Of a stretch of 61,331 nt of DNA, positions 1 to 10,919 are shown piece by piece; within the stretch, counting starts at the first letter, position 1; each line of letters starts with the position of its first letter. Under the pieces are notes generated by a model. The model was given only the letters and a program-made list of their open reading frames with translations. It had not been told where the DNA came from and did not search any database. The DNA comes from Sediminibacterium sp. (lineage in GTDB: Bacteria; Bacteroidota; Bacteroidia; Chitinophagales; Chitinophagaceae). The stretch is taken from contig JBILQZ010000001.1 of the NCBI GenBank assembly GCA_044372935.1, forward strand, positions 1 through 61,331, written 5' to 3'. Made by a program: the position numbers and the translations under genes.

Positions 1-2036
1 ATACTTAAGCCTGTTAAGAAAGAGATTTCTTTATTCTTAGCCCATTTTGTTTTAACCACTCTATGTCCATAATTCGCCAACAGTTGAGTAGCATTTGGGC
101 AATTAGTTCTATGAATTATCAACCCTTTTCCTGTGCTCACAAAACCAAATACATCATCCCCAGGAATTGGGTTACAACATTTAGCTAAATTGTATTTGAT
201 TTTATCACTTGACTCACCAAAAATAACCAATTCTGAATCCCCTTTTTTAGGCAATGGTTTGTAGGTATGCACCTCTACATTTGGATCATGTGGTGCCACA
301 ATCGGCTTAGGCGCTTCTATCTTATCACCTACAACTAGAAAACTTTTAAGCTCTTTAAGGTCGATTGATTTAGTAGCAATTTTATATAATAGATCCAGTT
401 GGCTTGGCATTTTATAAAAATGCATCAATTGGTCAATATTATAGGGTTGATAGCTTGCACCAATGCCTTCTAATTTTCTTTGTAGGGTATACTTTCCTTC
501 TTCTGAAATAATTTTTTTCTCTTCTCTTAGTGCGTCTTTAATGCTGTTTTTTGCTTTCGCGGTAACCACATTATTCAACCAATCTTCAGTCGGCTTTTGT
601 TTATTACTGGTAATAATTTCTATCTGGTCCCCACTTCTTAGTTTATGACTTATCGGCACTAATTTATGGTTCACTTTCGCGCCGATACATTTTGAACCAA
701 TCGCCGTGTGGATGTAAAATGCAAAGTCTAATGCAGAACTGTTGACAGGTAGCATTTTTACTTCGCCCTTAGGGGTATAGACATAAATTTCTTCTGCTAA
801 AAAAGAAGTTTTAAAATCTTGTAAGAAATCGATGCTCTCTTCCTCTTGGCTACCTAAGGCCTCTCTAATTTGCACAAACCATTTGTCAAAACGGTCTTCA
901 CTTTGTGTACCTTCTTTGTATTTAAAGTGTGCAGCTAATCCTTTTTCGGCAATCTCATTCATGCGCTTACTTCGAATCTGCACTTCTACCCATTTTCCTT
1001 GAGGCCCCATCACAGTAGTATGTAAAGCCTCGTAGCCATTGCTCTTGGGGTTGCTTAACCAATCTCTTAAACGTTCTGGAGAAGGAAGGTATTCGTCGGT
1101 CACCATAGAATAGACTTTCCAGCATTCTTCTTTTTCTTTTTCCAAAGGCACATCTAAAATAATACGAATGGCAAAGAGATCATACACTTCTTCAAAACTT
1201 ACTCCCTTCTTTTTAATTTTATTCCAAATAGAATGAATGCTTTTTGGACGTCCATGAATATCAAATTGCAAGCCAGTAAGACTTAATTTTTCTTTCAATG
1301 GCCGAACGAATTCATTGATATATTTTGTACGCTCTCTTTTTGTTTCTGTTAATTTTCTGGCAATCTCACGGTACTTATCTGGCTCCAAATATTTCATCGA
1401 CAGGTCTTCTAACTCTGTCTTGATATTGTATAAACCCATACGGTGTGCCAAGGGAGCGTACACCCAGATGGTTTCAGAAGCAATTTTTAATTGCTTTTCC
1501 TGCTTCATGGCATCCATGGTACGCATATTATGCAACCTGTCCGCCAATTTGATTAAAATTACCCTTGGGTCATCCGTTAAGGTGAGTAGAATTTTTTTGA
1601 AGTTCTCTGCTTGTTGACTGCTATTGGTATCCATCACCGAAGCAATTTTGGTTAAACCGTCAACAATTTTGGCAATCTCATTCCCGAACTCTCTTTTAAT
1701 ATCCTCTAAAGTGATGTCTGTATCTTCTACCGTATCATGTAATAAGGCGCAAATAGTACTTCTTACCCCAAGACCAATTTCATCTGCTGCAATCATGGCC
1801 ACTGCTATGGGATGTAAAATATAAGGCTCTCCACTTTTTCGACGCATCGTTTTATGTGCGTCTGTGGCCATTTCGAAGGCAGTTCTTAATAATTCTCTAT
1901 CTCCTTTTTTTAATTTAGTCCTTAAAGTTCGGAGTAGGGCACGGTAGTGTCGAACAATTTCTTTTTTCTCTTGTTCGTCATTCAAGTTATAGGGGGCTAC
2001 AACTGTGTTCGATAAATCTTGATTGGTACTTTCCAT
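1..2036 (-). CDS. rel: Long RelA/SpoT homolog, (p)ppGpp synthetase/hydrolase (3' end runs off the window)
   Basis: Not in the ORF track because it is truncated. Manual translation from the ATG at 2036 gives MESTNQDLSN...AHKTMRRKSGEPYILHP, then the LLHD HD motif, IKLADRLHNMRT, GRPKSIHSI, SNGYEALHTTV, EVQIRS and a TGS domain. Confidence 0.95.
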   Translation of the reverse strand, partial: MESTNQDLSNTVVAPYNLNDEQEKKEIVRHYRALLRTLRTKLKKGDRELLRTAFEMATDAHKTMRRKSGEPYILHPIAVAMIAADEIGLGVRSTICALLHDTVEDTDITLEDIKREFGNEIAKIVDGLTKIASVMDTNSSQQAENFKKILLTLTDDPRVILIKLADRLHNMRTMDAMKQEKQLKIASETIWVYAPLAHRMGLYNIKTELEDLSMKYLEPDKYREIARKLTETKRERTKYINEFVRPLKEKLSLTGLQFDIHGRPKSIHSIWNKIKKKGVSFEEVYDLFAIRIILDVPLEKEKEECWKVYSMVTDEYLPSPERLRDWLSNPKSNGYEALHTTVMGPQGKWVEVQIRSKRMNEIAEKGLAAHFKYKEGTQSEDRFDKWFVQIREALGSQEEESIDFLQDFKTSFLAEEIYVYTPKGEVKMLPVNSSALDFAFYIHTAIGSKCIGAKVNHKLVPISHKLRSGDQIEIITSNKQKPTEDWLNNVVTAKAKNSIKDALREEKKIISEEGKYTLQRKLEGIGASYQPYNIDQLMHFYKMPSQLDLLYKIATKSIDLKELKSFLVVGDKIEAPKPIVAPHDPNVEVHTYKPLPKKGDSELVIFGESSDKIKYNLAKCCNPIPGDDVFGFVSTGKGLIIHRTNCPNATQLLANYGHRVVKTKWAKNKEISFLTGLS

Positions 2037-2079
2037 GCTTATACGAAAATACGTAAAAGCGGTGTAACTTTGACCCGCT

Positions 2080-3885
2080 ATGTCAACCACCCAGCCTAAA
2101 CCTATATTCAAATCTTCTATCTTGAGAAGGGTGTTTTCTTTTGTAGGACCCTATCAATTTATATTTTGGATCAATGTGTTTTTGGGTATTTTTTTAGCCT
2201 TTGCCACACCCATCCGTCCTTATTTGATTCAGGCGACGGTGAATTTGGCGATAGGTAAATCTGTTGTATTACCTCAATGGGTGAATTGGGTCTTACCTTC
2301 CGAAGCTTTTCAATCTGTGTTACAGCTCATTTTAGCCATCTCGCTTTTTCAAGTGGCTTTTATTATCATTGAAACTGTATTTCGTTTTTGTTTTACCTAT
2401 GGCATGTCCTGGTTAGGGCAACAAGTGATTCGTGACTTGAGAAATAAAGTGTACCAAAAAATCATGTATTGGGAAATGCGTCAATTTGATAAAACACCTA
2501 TTGGCACTTTGACCACAAGAACCATCAACGACATTGAAAGCATCAATGATATTTTTTCGGATGGCTTAATTCCAATCATAGCCGATTTTTTAACCATTGT
2601 AGTGACTTTGACCACCATGTTTGTGATCAATTGGCAATTGACATTGATCTGTTTAATTCCTTTCCCGATCATGTTGGTGGCTACTTATTTTTTCAAAGAA
2701 AGTGTTAATAAAAGTTTTGTACAAGTGCGTAATGCAGTCGCTGCATTGAATGCTTTTGTACAAGAGCATATTTCTGGTATGCAAGTAGTGCAAGCTTTTG
2801 CGGCAGAAGAAAAAGAGCTGCAAAAATTTGATGCCATTAATACAAATCATAAAAAAGCAAATATCAAAGCCATCTTTGCTTACTCGGTGTTTTTTCCAGT
2901 GGTCGAAGTAGTGTTGGCATTGAGTATTGGCTTGATTGTATGGTGGGTCGCAGGTCAAACTTTAGATGCTGGTTTATTGGTGGCCTTCATTTTATTTTTA
3001 AACCAAATTTTTAGACCACTTCGCATGATTGCAGATAAATTCAATGTCTTGCAAATGGGTATGGTGGCAGCGGAACGCGTGTTTAAGATTTTAGACAATG
3101 AAGATATTACGGCAGATCAAGGTCAATATGCACCAGCAAAAATCCAAGGCACCATTGAATTTAATAAAGTACAATTTGCATACGAGGCACCTAATTGGAT
3201 TTTAAACGAATTGAGTTTTAAAGTTGCTGCAGGTGAAACGGTTGCTTTAGTGGGTCCTACAGGAAGTGGCAAAACTTCAATCATTAGTATTTTAAATCGC
3301 CTTTACCCTTATCAAGCAGGGCAAATTTTATTAGACGGCGTTGCTATTGAAGACTATTCCTTAGACAGGCTAAGAACCTCTATTGGTGTGGTGTTGCAGG
3401 ATGTATTTTTATTTTCTGGTTCAGTGTATGACAATATCACATTACGTAATCCATCTATTCGACCTGAGCAAGTAGAAGAAGCGGCTAAGATGATTGGCAT
3501 GCACGATTTTATCATGCAATTGCCAGGAGGGTATCAATACCAGGTGATGGAAAGAGGGGCTACACTCAGTTTAGGACAAAGACAATTGTTGAGTTTCATT
3601 CGAGCATTGCTCTACAATCCAAGTATTTTAATTTTAGATGAAGCCACTTCTTCCATCGATACAGAGAGCGAACAATTGATCGAAAAAGCGATTGAAACCC
3701 TGATACAGGGTCGAACTTCTATCGTCATTGCACATCGATTATCGACCATTCGAAAGGCCGATCAGATCCTTGTTTTAGAGAAGGGAAAAATCATCGAAAA
3801 AGGGACGCATCAGTCCTTAATGGAGCAGGGTGGATTTTACAAGGCCTTAAACGAAATGCAATTTGACCCTAAAAAGAGCATGTAA
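2080..3885 (+). CDS. ABC exporter, fused permease/ATPase (MsbA/MdlB-like)
   Basis: N-terminal TM domain; Walker A GPTGSGKT, signature LSLGQRQ, Walker B ILILDEATS. Confidence 0.92.
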   Translation: MSTTQPKPIFKSSILRRVFSFVGPYQFIFWINVFLGIFLAFATPIRPYLIQATVNLAIGKSVVLPQWVNWVLPSEAFQSVLQLILAISLFQVAFIIIETVFRFCFTYGMSWLGQQVIRDLRNKVYQKIMYWEMRQFDKTPIGTLTTRTINDIESINDIFSDGLIPIIADFLTIVVTLTTMFVINWQLTLICLIPFPIMLVATYFFKESVNKSFVQVRNAVAALNAFVQEHISGMQVVQAFAAEEKELQKFDAINTNHKKANIKAIFAYSVFFPVVEVVLALSIGLIVWWVAGQTLDAGLLVAFILFLNQIFRPLRMIADKFNVLQMGMVAAERVFKILDNEDITADQGQYAPAKIQGTIEFNKVQFAYEAPNWILNELSFKVAAGETVALVGPTGSGKTSIISILNRLYPYQAGQILLDGVAIEDYSLDRLRTSIGVVLQDVFLFSGSVYDNITLRNPSIRPEQVEEAAKMIGMHDFIMQLPGGYQYQVMERGATLSLGQRQLLSFIRALLYNPSILILDEATSSIDTESEQLIEKAIETLIQGRTSIVIAHRLSTIRKADQILVLEKGKIIEKGTHQSLMEQGGFYKALNEMQFDPKKSM

Positions 3886-3986
3886 TTTTATAAATGATTG
3901 ATTATCATTGATTTAAAACTGAGGACTAGATTTTATTTTGACCCATATTTCTGCTAAATATTCTGTCTTTTCAGCAGGTTTATTCC

Positions 3987-3994
3987 TATCTTTG
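3987..3994 (+). promoter_or_regulatory. Bacteroidota -7 promoter box (TATCTTTG) for the atp operon
   Basis: Exact TAnnTTTG match 20 nt upstream of the atpB ATG. Confidence 0.6.
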
Positions 3995-4014
3995 CCGCAA
4001 ATTTTGAGATCCCT

Positions 4015-5205
4015 ATGGCATCTAGACGTATAAAATCTTTACTGGTATTGTGTTTGAGCTTATTTACATTGGCTTTTGCTAGTACTTCATTTGCGAACGA
4101 AAAAGTAGCGCATGCAAACAATCATGCTGTTGCTCAGGATTCATTACATGCAGTAGCAGATTCGAATGTGACTGCGGCAGATACAACTACTTTAGCGCAT
4201 GCTGCTGAGGCGGGACATGAAGCAAAAGAATTCAATGTAACTGAAACAATTTTAGAGCACATCAAGGATGATCATAGTTGGCATTTATGGGGTCACACTT
4301 CTCTTGCTTTGCCAGTGATTTTATATACACCAAAAGGGTTGGAAGTTTTTTCTTCTGCAAAATTCATGGACGAACATCATGAGCCTGTTTTGTACAAAGG
4401 CAATTTTGATTATAAAATTTTTGAAGGGAAAGTAAAGATCGTAGATGCAACTGGTGCAATAGACGAAGTGGCGACTGCAAGTTTATGGGATTTCTCTATT
4501 ACTAAAAACGTAGCTTCATTGTTGGTGTCTGTGTTCATCATTCTAGTAGTGATTTTATCTGCAGCATCAGCGTATAAAAAGACTGGGGTAACTTCTGCAC
4601 CAAAAGGTGTTCAATCTTTCATGGAGCCGATTGTGTTATTTGTGAGAGATGAATTAGCGATTCCAAATATTGGTAAAAAGAAGTATGCAAAGTTCATGCC
4701 TTTTTTATTGACTATATTTTTCTTGATTTTGGTGAACAACTTCTTAGGGTTGATTCCTTTCTTTCCAGGTGGTGCCAATGTGAGTGGTAATATTGCTTTC
4801 ACCATGACTTTAGCAGTTTGTGTTTTCATTGTGGTGAATCTAAGCGCTAACAAAAACTACTGGGAGCATATTTTCTGGATGCCAGGAATGCATTGGAGTA
4901 TGAAATTGTTCTTAGCACCTATCGAATTAATTGGGGTGTTCACTAAACCAATTTCTTTAATGATTCGTTTGTTTGCGAACATTACTGCAGGACACATTTT
5001 AGTATTGAGTTTGATTTGTATCATATTTATTTTCAAGACCGTGTATGCTTCTGCCATCGCAGTTCCATTCGCAGTGTTTATTGGCATGATTGAATTATTG
5101 GTTGCCTTTTTGCAAGCCTATATCTTCACGATGCTTACTGCAATGTATATTGGAATGGCTAACGAAGAGCATCACCATGATCATAAAGAAGAAGCACATC
5201 ACTAA
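4015..5205 (+). CDS. atpB: F0F1 ATP synthase subunit a
   Basis: KPISLMIRLFANITAGH and FLQAYIFTML motifs; signal-like N-terminal extension and His-rich ends. Confidence 0.97.
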   Translation: MASRRIKSLLVLCLSLFTLAFASTSFANEKVAHANNHAVAQDSLHAVADSNVTAADTTTLAHAAEAGHEAKEFNVTETILEHIKDDHSWHLWGHTSLALPVILYTPKGLEVFSSAKFMDEHHEPVLYKGNFDYKIFEGKVKIVDATGAIDEVATASLWDFSITKNVASLLVSVFIILVVILSAASAYKKTGVTSAPKGVQSFMEPIVLFVRDELAIPNIGKKKYAKFMPFLLTIFFLILVNNFLGLIPFFPGGANVSGNIAFTMTLAVCVFIVVNLSANKNYWEHIFWMPGMHWSMKLFLAPIELIGVFTKPISLMIRLFANITAGHILVLSLICIIFIFKTVYASAIAVPFAVFIGMIELLVAFLQAYIFTMLTAMYIGMANEEHHHDHKEEAHH

Positions 5206-5230
5206 AAAATATTTAACTTTTTTTCAATAA

Positions 5231-5458
<228 letters not shown>

Positions 5459-5484
5459 TCTGCTAAGGATTTCCTAAAGAAAAT

Positions 5485-5521
5485 AAATAGGCCCTAGCAC
5501 AGGGCGAAAGGCCTATTTTTT
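5485..5521 (+). terminator. Intra-operon stem-loop with U-tract between atpE and atpF
   Basis: AAATAGGCC...GGCCTATTT stem followed by a T run. Confidence 0.6.
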
Positions 5522-5554
5522 AAATTGAATTATTAATTAAGATAAACGAATAGT

Positions 5555-6067
5555 ATGTTCTTATTAGAAGTAAATCCACTTGTGTTACCAGATATCGGTT
5601 TGGTATTTTGGAACACCATTGCGTTTGTAGTGCTTTTGGTTGTGTTAGGCAAGTTTGCTTGGAAGCCAATGTTAAAAGCCATTGCTGACCGTGAAAATGG
5701 CATCGAAGAAGCACTTTTACGTGCGGACAAGATGAAAGCAGAAATTACTGCAATGCAAAATGAAAATGAAGCATTGTTGGCGAAAGCACGTGAGGAAAGA
5801 GCTGGATTGTTGAAAGACGCAAAAGAAACTGCAGATAAAATGGTGGCGGATGCAAAAGATAAAGCGAAGCATGAATATGAGCGCATTATCAGCGACGCAC
5901 AATTGGCGATCACACAACAAAAAAATGCTGCTTTGACTGAAGTGAAAAATCAGGTAGGCGCATTGGTTGTTGAAGTGGCTGAGAAAGTATTAAGAAAAGA
6001 GTTGTCTAATAAAGCAGACCAAGAAAGCTATATTAAACAAATCGCTGAAGGAGTTAAGTTAAATTAA
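5555..6067 (+). CDS. atpF: ATP synthase subunit b
   Basis: N-terminal TM (KFAWKP) followed by a coiled coil; operon position. Confidence 0.96.
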   Translation: MFLLEVNPLVLPDIGLVFWNTIAFVVLLVVLGKFAWKPMLKAIADRENGIEEALLRADKMKAEITAMQNENEALLAKAREERAGLLKDAKETADKMVADAKDKAKHEYERIISDAQLAITQQKNAALTEVKNQVGALVVEVAEKVLRKELSNKADQESYIKQIAEGVKLN

Positions 6068-6077
6068 AAAGTAAGAA

Positions 6078-6638
6078 ATGCCCAACGTACGTTTAGCAGG
6101 AAGATACGCAAAAAGCTTACTCGACTTAGCCGTTGAACAAAATCAATTGGATGCAGTATATGCTGATATGAAATATTTTCAATCAGTTTGTGCTCAAAGT
6201 CAGGATTTTGTAAATGTGTTAAGAAGCCCGATCATTAAAGCTGACCAAAAAAATGCAATTATTTTGGCAGTGATTAAAGAGGCGGTGAGTACTTTGTCTT
6301 TATCCTTCTTTGTTTTATTGGTTAAAAAAAGCAGAGAAAGTGCCTTGCCAGAAATCGCAACTGCATTTATTGAACAATACAATGCTTTAAAAGGGATCCA
6401 CCAAGTAAGCTTAACCACAGCAGTCGCTATTGGAGAAGAGTTAAAGCAAGCAATCGAACAAAAGATCAAAGCAGAAACACAATTTAAAACTGTTGAGTTA
6501 ACAACACATACCAACGAAGATTTAATTGGTGGCTTTGTATTGTCTTTTGACAATAACCTTATTGACGCAAGTATTCGAAGAGATTTATTGGATATTAAAA
6601 AGCAATTTTTATCTAACGAATTTATTTCTAAAATATAA
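6078..6638 (+). CDS. atpH: ATP synthase subunit delta
   Basis: RYAKSL, LIGGF and IDAS motifs. Confidence 0.96.
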   Translation: MPNVRLAGRYAKSLLDLAVEQNQLDAVYADMKYFQSVCAQSQDFVNVLRSPIIKADQKNAIILAVIKEAVSTLSLSFFVLLVKKSRESALPEIATAFIEQYNALKGIHQVSLTTAVAIGEELKQAIEQKIKAETQFKTVELTTHTNEDLIGGFVLSFDNNLIDASIRRDLLDIKKQFLSNEFISKI

Positions 6639-6671
6639 TTAAAATAACAATCATACATTAAATAAGTATTT

Positions 6672-8249
6672 ATGGTGGACATTAAACCTGATGAAATATC
6701 CGCAATTCTTAGACAGCAATTAAGCAACTTTAATGCTTCTGCTGATTTAGAAGAAGTAGGAACTGTATTACAAGTGGGTGATGGTATTGCCCGTGTATAT
6801 GGTTTGAACGGTGTAAGCAGTGGTGAGTTGGTTGAATTTGAAAACGGCACCAAAGCAATTGCCTTGAACCTAGAGGAAGACAATGTGGGTGTGGTAATGA
6901 TGGGTGATAGCAAGCAAATCAAAGAAGGAGACAAAGTAAAAAGAACAGGCCAAATCGCTTCTATTAAAGTAGGAGATGGTTTAGTAGGTCGTGTAATCAA
7001 TATGTTGGGTGAGCCAATTGATGGCAAGGGTCCAATTAAAGGTGAATTGTATGAAATGCCATTGGAGCGTAAAGCACCAGGGGTAATCTTCCGTGAGCCT
7101 GTAAAAGAACCATTGCAAACTGGTATCAAAGCGATTGATGCGATGATTCCTATTGGTCGTGGACAACGTGAATTGGTCATTGGTGACCGTCAAACAGGTA
7201 AGACTGCAATTTGTGTGGATACCATTATCAATCAAAAAGAATTTTACGATGCTGGTCAACCAGTTTATTGTATCTATGTGGCGATTGGTCAAAAAGCATC
7301 TACCATTGCCGGTGTGATGAAAACTTTAGAAGAGAACGGCGCGATGGCTTATACAACGATCGTCGCCGCTTCTGCAGCAGATCCAGCTCCACAACAATTC
7401 TACGCTCCGTTTGCAGGTGCAGCGGTGGGTGAATTCTTCCGTGATTGTGGTAAACCAGCATTGATTGTATTTGATGACTTATCTAAGCAAGCAGTAGCTT
7501 ACCGTGAGGTGTCATTATTGTTACGTCGTCCTCCAGGTCGTGAGGCTTATCCAGGAGACGTATTCTACTTGCATAGCCGTTTATTAGAGCGTGCTGCGAA
7601 AGTAATTGCCAACGATGAGATCGCTAAAAATATGAATGACTTACCAGCTTCTATCAAGCATTTGGTAAAAGGTGGTGGTTCATTGACAGCATTGCCAATT
7701 ATTGAAACTCAAGCAGGTGACGTATCTGCCTATATTCCTACGAATGTGATCTCTATTACAGATGGTCAAATTTTCTTGGAAGGTAACTTGTTCAACGCAG
7801 GTATCCGTCCAGCGATCAACGTAGGTATCTCTGTAAGTCGTGTGGGTGGTAACGCGCAGATCAAGTCAATGAAGAAAGTATCTGGTACCTTAAAATTAGA
7901 CCAAGCTTTATACCGTGAGTTAGAAGCCTTCTCTAAATTTGGTGGTGACTTAGATCCAGCTACTAAAAACGTAATCGACAAAGGTGCGAGAAACGTGGAA
8001 ATCTTAAAGCAAGCGCAGTACACTCCGTTTACGGTAGAAAAACAAGTAGCAATTATCTACTTGGGTACACAAGGTTTGTTAAAAGAAGTAGCCGTTAAAA
8101 ATGTAAAAGATTTTGAAGCACATTTCTTATTAGAGATGACCAATAAATTACCAAATGTGTTGGCTGAATTCAAAAAAGGTAACTTACCTGAAGATGGATT
8201 GAAGCAAATGGTTGATTTAGCGAATAGCTTGATCCCTCAATACAAATAA
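6672..8249 (+). CDS. atpA: ATP synthase subunit alpha
   Basis: [33 protein letters not shown]. Confidence 0.99.
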   Translation: MVDIKPDEISAILRQQLSNFNASADLEEVGTVLQVGDGIARVYGLNGVSSGELVEFENGTKAIALNLEEDNVGVVMMGDSKQIKEGDKVKRTGQIASIKVGDGLVGRVINMLGEPIDGKGPIKGELYEMPLERKAPGVIFREPVKEPLQTGIKAIDAMIPIGRGQRELVIGDRQTGKTAICVDTIINQKEFYDAGQPVYCIYVAIGQKASTIAGVMKTLEENGAMAYTTIVAASAADPAPQQFYAPFAGAAVGEFFRDCGKPALIVFDDLSKQAVAYREVSLLLRRPPGREAYPGDVFYLHSRLLERAAKVIANDEIAKNMNDLPASIKHLVKGGGSLTALPIIETQAGDVSAYIPTNVISITDGQIFLEGNLFNAGIRPAINVGISVSRVGGNAQIKSMKKVSGTLKLDQALYRELEAFSKFGGDLDPATKNVIDKGARNVEILKQAQYTPFTVEKQVAIIYLGTQGLLKEVAVKNVKDFEAHFLLEMTNKLPNVLAEFKKGNLPEDGLKQMVDLANSLIPQYK

Positions 8250-8269
8250 GAGTCAATTTTGAATTTGTT

Positions 8270-8297
8270 AAAACCCCGATTTATTCGGGGTTTTTTT
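8270..8297 (+). terminator. Intrinsic terminator after atpA
   Basis: AAAACCCCGA-TTTAT-TCGGGGTTTTTTT. Confidence 0.85.
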
Positions 8298-8349
8298 GTT
8301 TTAAGTGGCGCTAGGGACAACAAATAATTCAATTGATTGTTATAGTTAT

Positions 8350-9255
8350 ATGTCAGTCATTAAAGTTCAATCACTCAGTAAAAACTTTGGCGCTTTAAAA
8401 GCCGTCGATCAGCTTTCTTTTGAAGTAAAAGCCGGCCAGGTCTATGGATTTTTAGGTCAAAATGGTTCAGGGAAAAGTACGACAATTCGTATGTTGCTTT
8501 CGTTGATTCATCCTTCAGAAGGACAAATTGAAATCTTTGGTCAATCTCTATCAGCGCATCGCTCGGCTATCTTAGAAAAGGTAGGTGCCGTAATTGAGCG
8601 ACCAGACCTCTATCCTTATCTAACTGCAAGGGAGCATTTGACTATGTTTTCAAAATTGCGTCAACAGCCCGTGACAGCAGCAAAGATTGATGCTACTTTA
8701 TCACAGGTAGGATTGTTTGCCAGAGCCAATGATAAAGTACAAACTTATTCTTTAGGGATGAAGCAAAGACTAGGGATTGGCATCGCATTATTACATGATC
8801 CTGCATTGATTATTTTGGATGAACCTACCAATGGATTAGACCCACAGGGTATTGCAGATATTCGTGAACTGATTAAATCACTTTCAAAAGAACAAGGTAA
8901 AACAGTTTTAGTTTCTTCGCACCTGCTTTCAGAAATTGAACAAATTGCTACCCATATTTTGATTATTCATCAAGGTAAAAAAATGGCAGAAGGTCCTACC
9001 GAAAATTTATTAGATCCAAACAAGACCATTGTGCAAATTAAAACCTTGGACGATCTTGCTGCTAAAAATATTTTATTGCAATCTGATTTTAAGGGACATG
9101 TATTGGATCGAAAAGAGGGTTTGTATTTGGGGATCCCAAAATTACAAATACCTGCACTCAATAACTTCTTAGTCAATGAGCAGATTGCGGTCCTATCTCT
9201 AGAGTCAAAAAACTCTTTAGAGGATTATTTTTTACAACTTACTTCAACTCATTAA
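8350..9255 (+). CDS. ABC-2 type transporter ATP-binding protein (BcrA-like)
   Basis: GQNGSGKST, YSLGMKQRLG, LDEPTNGLDP; start moved to the ATG at 8350 (MSVIKV). Confidence 0.92.
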   Translation: MSVIKVQSLSKNFGALKAVDQLSFEVKAGQVYGFLGQNGSGKSTTIRMLLSLIHPSEGQIEIFGQSLSAHRSAILEKVGAVIERPDLYPYLTAREHLTMFSKLRQQPVTAAKIDATLSQVGLFARANDKVQTYSLGMKQRLGIGIALLHDPALIILDEPTNGLDPQGIADIRELIKSLSKEQGKTVLVSSHLLSEIEQIATHILIIHQGKKMAEGPTENLLDPNKTIVQIKTLDDLAAKNILLQSDFKGHVLDRKEGLYLGIPKLQIPALNNFLVNEQIAVLSLESKNSLEDYFLQLTSTH

Positions 9256-9256
9256 T

Positions 9257-10132
9257 ATGTGGCCAATCATTCGAATAGAATTATTTAAAATTTACAAAAG
9301 GCCAAGAACTTATATTGCCTTTGGTGCCATTGCAGCATTGATACTGGTAATACAAATGGGCTTAAAAATAGATGGAGAAGCCTATGCTGCTTTTTTAATG
9401 AAAGACATCAATGATACTTTAACAGTAGATGGGAAAGTATTGAATGGGTATTTGATTTGCTATATCTTATTGCAACTCTTATTGGTGCATGTGCCTTTAT
9501 TAGTGGCTTTGATTGCAGCAGATATGCTCTCTGGTGAAGCGAATCTAGGTACTTTAAGGTTACTATTTACCACGCCTTATAGCAGAACGCAATGGGTCTT
9601 GGCCAAATTTGTAGCGGCTAGTATGTATACCATTTTGTTATTAATCTGGTTGGCTTTCTTGGCACTTTTTTTAAGTATGTGGGTCTTTGGAACAGATGAC
9701 TTGTTCTTAATGAAATCCAATTATGTGGTATTGATCCAAGAGCAAGACGTTTTTTGGAGGTACCTGGGTGCTTTTGTTTTTGCAAGCTTCTCTTTATTGA
9801 CGGTAGCCGCTTTAGGATTTTTGATGTCTAGTTTAGCCAATAACTCTATTGGCCCCATTGTGGCCACTATAAGTGCTATTGTTTTCTTTACCATTTTAAG
9901 CACTTTAAATATCCCTTTGTTTAATGTAGTGAAACCATATTTATTCACGACCCATATGAACAACTGGAAAGAGTTTTTTGACCTACAAGTCAATGAAAGC
10001 AATGATGCCATCACAGGTAGCATACTGAATGTGGCCAAAATTAAAAATTCAATCTTTGTATTGACAGTGCATATTGCATTGTTTGTGGGCGCGTCGGTTT
10101 GGATCATGAAAAAGAAAGATATATTAAGTTAA
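9257..10132 (+). CDS. ABC-2 type transporter permease
   Basis: Multiple TM helices; ExxxGTLRLLxxxPxSRxxxxxAK motif; ends KKDILS. Confidence 0.9.
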   Translation: MWPIIRIELFKIYKRPRTYIAFGAIAALILVIQMGLKIDGEAYAAFLMKDINDTLTVDGKVLNGYLICYILLQLLLVHVPLLVALIAADMLSGEANLGTLRLLFTTPYSRTQWVLAKFVAASMYTILLLIWLAFLALFLSMWVFGTDDLFLMKSNYVVLIQEQDVFWRYLGAFVFASFSLLTVAALGFLMSSLANNSIGPIVATISAIVFFTILSTLNIPLFNVVKPYLFTTHMNNWKEFFDLQVNESNDAITGSILNVAKIKNSIFVLTVHIALFVGASVWIMKKKDILS

Positions 10133-10214
10133 TCAAGTGCTTTGCTAAAGCGCCATACTGGAATGGGTGTAAAAATTGGTTAGTAGAAAAATAAATAAGT
10201 AGAAAAAATTAAAA

Positions 10215-10910
10215 TTGAATACATTGAAAAAATTAAGTTTTGTGATAGGGATGCTTTTTTTGTTGCCAACTTTATTGATGGCACAATCCAATGCATTGAT
10301 TGAAAAAGTGAGTGCCAAATTGAATATTGTGAATGATTATGTGGCAACAGGGGTGATGAAAACGGATGTGGCATTCATTAAAGCTTCCTTGGGCAAAGTG
10401 AAAGTGTATTATAAAAAGCCAAATTTATTAAAGGTAAAAAAGGAAGGGGGCATTTCTTTATTGCCTAAAGGGGGCGTGTCTGTGACCATTAATTCTTTAT
10501 TGAATAATAAACAATATATCGCCATTGAATCGGGGGTGCAACAATTTAAAGGCAAATCATTACAGGCGATTAAGCTCATTCCTACCGACGATAAATTAGA
10601 CTGGGTGATTTCTACTTTATGGATTGATCCTGTAGAGGCGTTGGTTTACAAAACCTTTACGACGACAAAGGAAAATGGCACTTATGAAATCACCATGGAA
10701 TATGGGGCATACGCTAATTATGGCCTACCTAGTAAAATCATTTTTGGGTTCAATACCAAGGATTATAAATTACCCAACGGAATTACATTAGAGTTTGGAG
10801 ACGATGATCCTGCTGCCAAGCAAAAGGCATTGAAGCAAAAGAAGGGTACGATTGAAATAACTTATTCAAATTATAGTATAAATAAGGGCGTTTCCAATTC
10901 GATGTTTTAA
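10215..10910 (+). CDS. Secreted protein, probable LolA-like (lipoprotein-carrier) fold
   Basis: Signal peptide; GKVKVYYKKPNLLKV and TLWID beta-strand patterns typical of LolA-family proteins; TTG start. Confidence 0.6.
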   Translation: MNTLKKLSFVIGMLFLLPTLLMAQSNALIEKVSAKLNIVNDYVATGVMKTDVAFIKASLGKVKVYYKKPNLLKVKKEGGISLLPKGGVSVTINSLLNNKQYIAIESGVQQFKGKSLQAIKLIPTDDKLDWVISTLWIDPVEALVYKTFTTTKENGTYEITMEYGAYANYGLPSKIIFGFNTKDYKLPNGITLEFGDDDPAAKQKALKQKKGTIEITYSNYSINKGVSNSMF

Positions 10911-10919
10911 ATTGCAGTT

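Noticed and set aside
463-1824. Three + strand ORFs of 61-100 aa
   Set aside because: Antisense shadows of the rel gene on the minus strand.
4015-4230. Signal-like, His/Ala-rich N-terminal extension of subunit a
   Set aside because: Extended N-termini are common in Bacteroidota AtpB.
6200-7180. 326 aa antisense ORF over atpH/atpA
   Set aside because: Shadow frame of highly conserved, codon-biased genes; no recognisable motifs.
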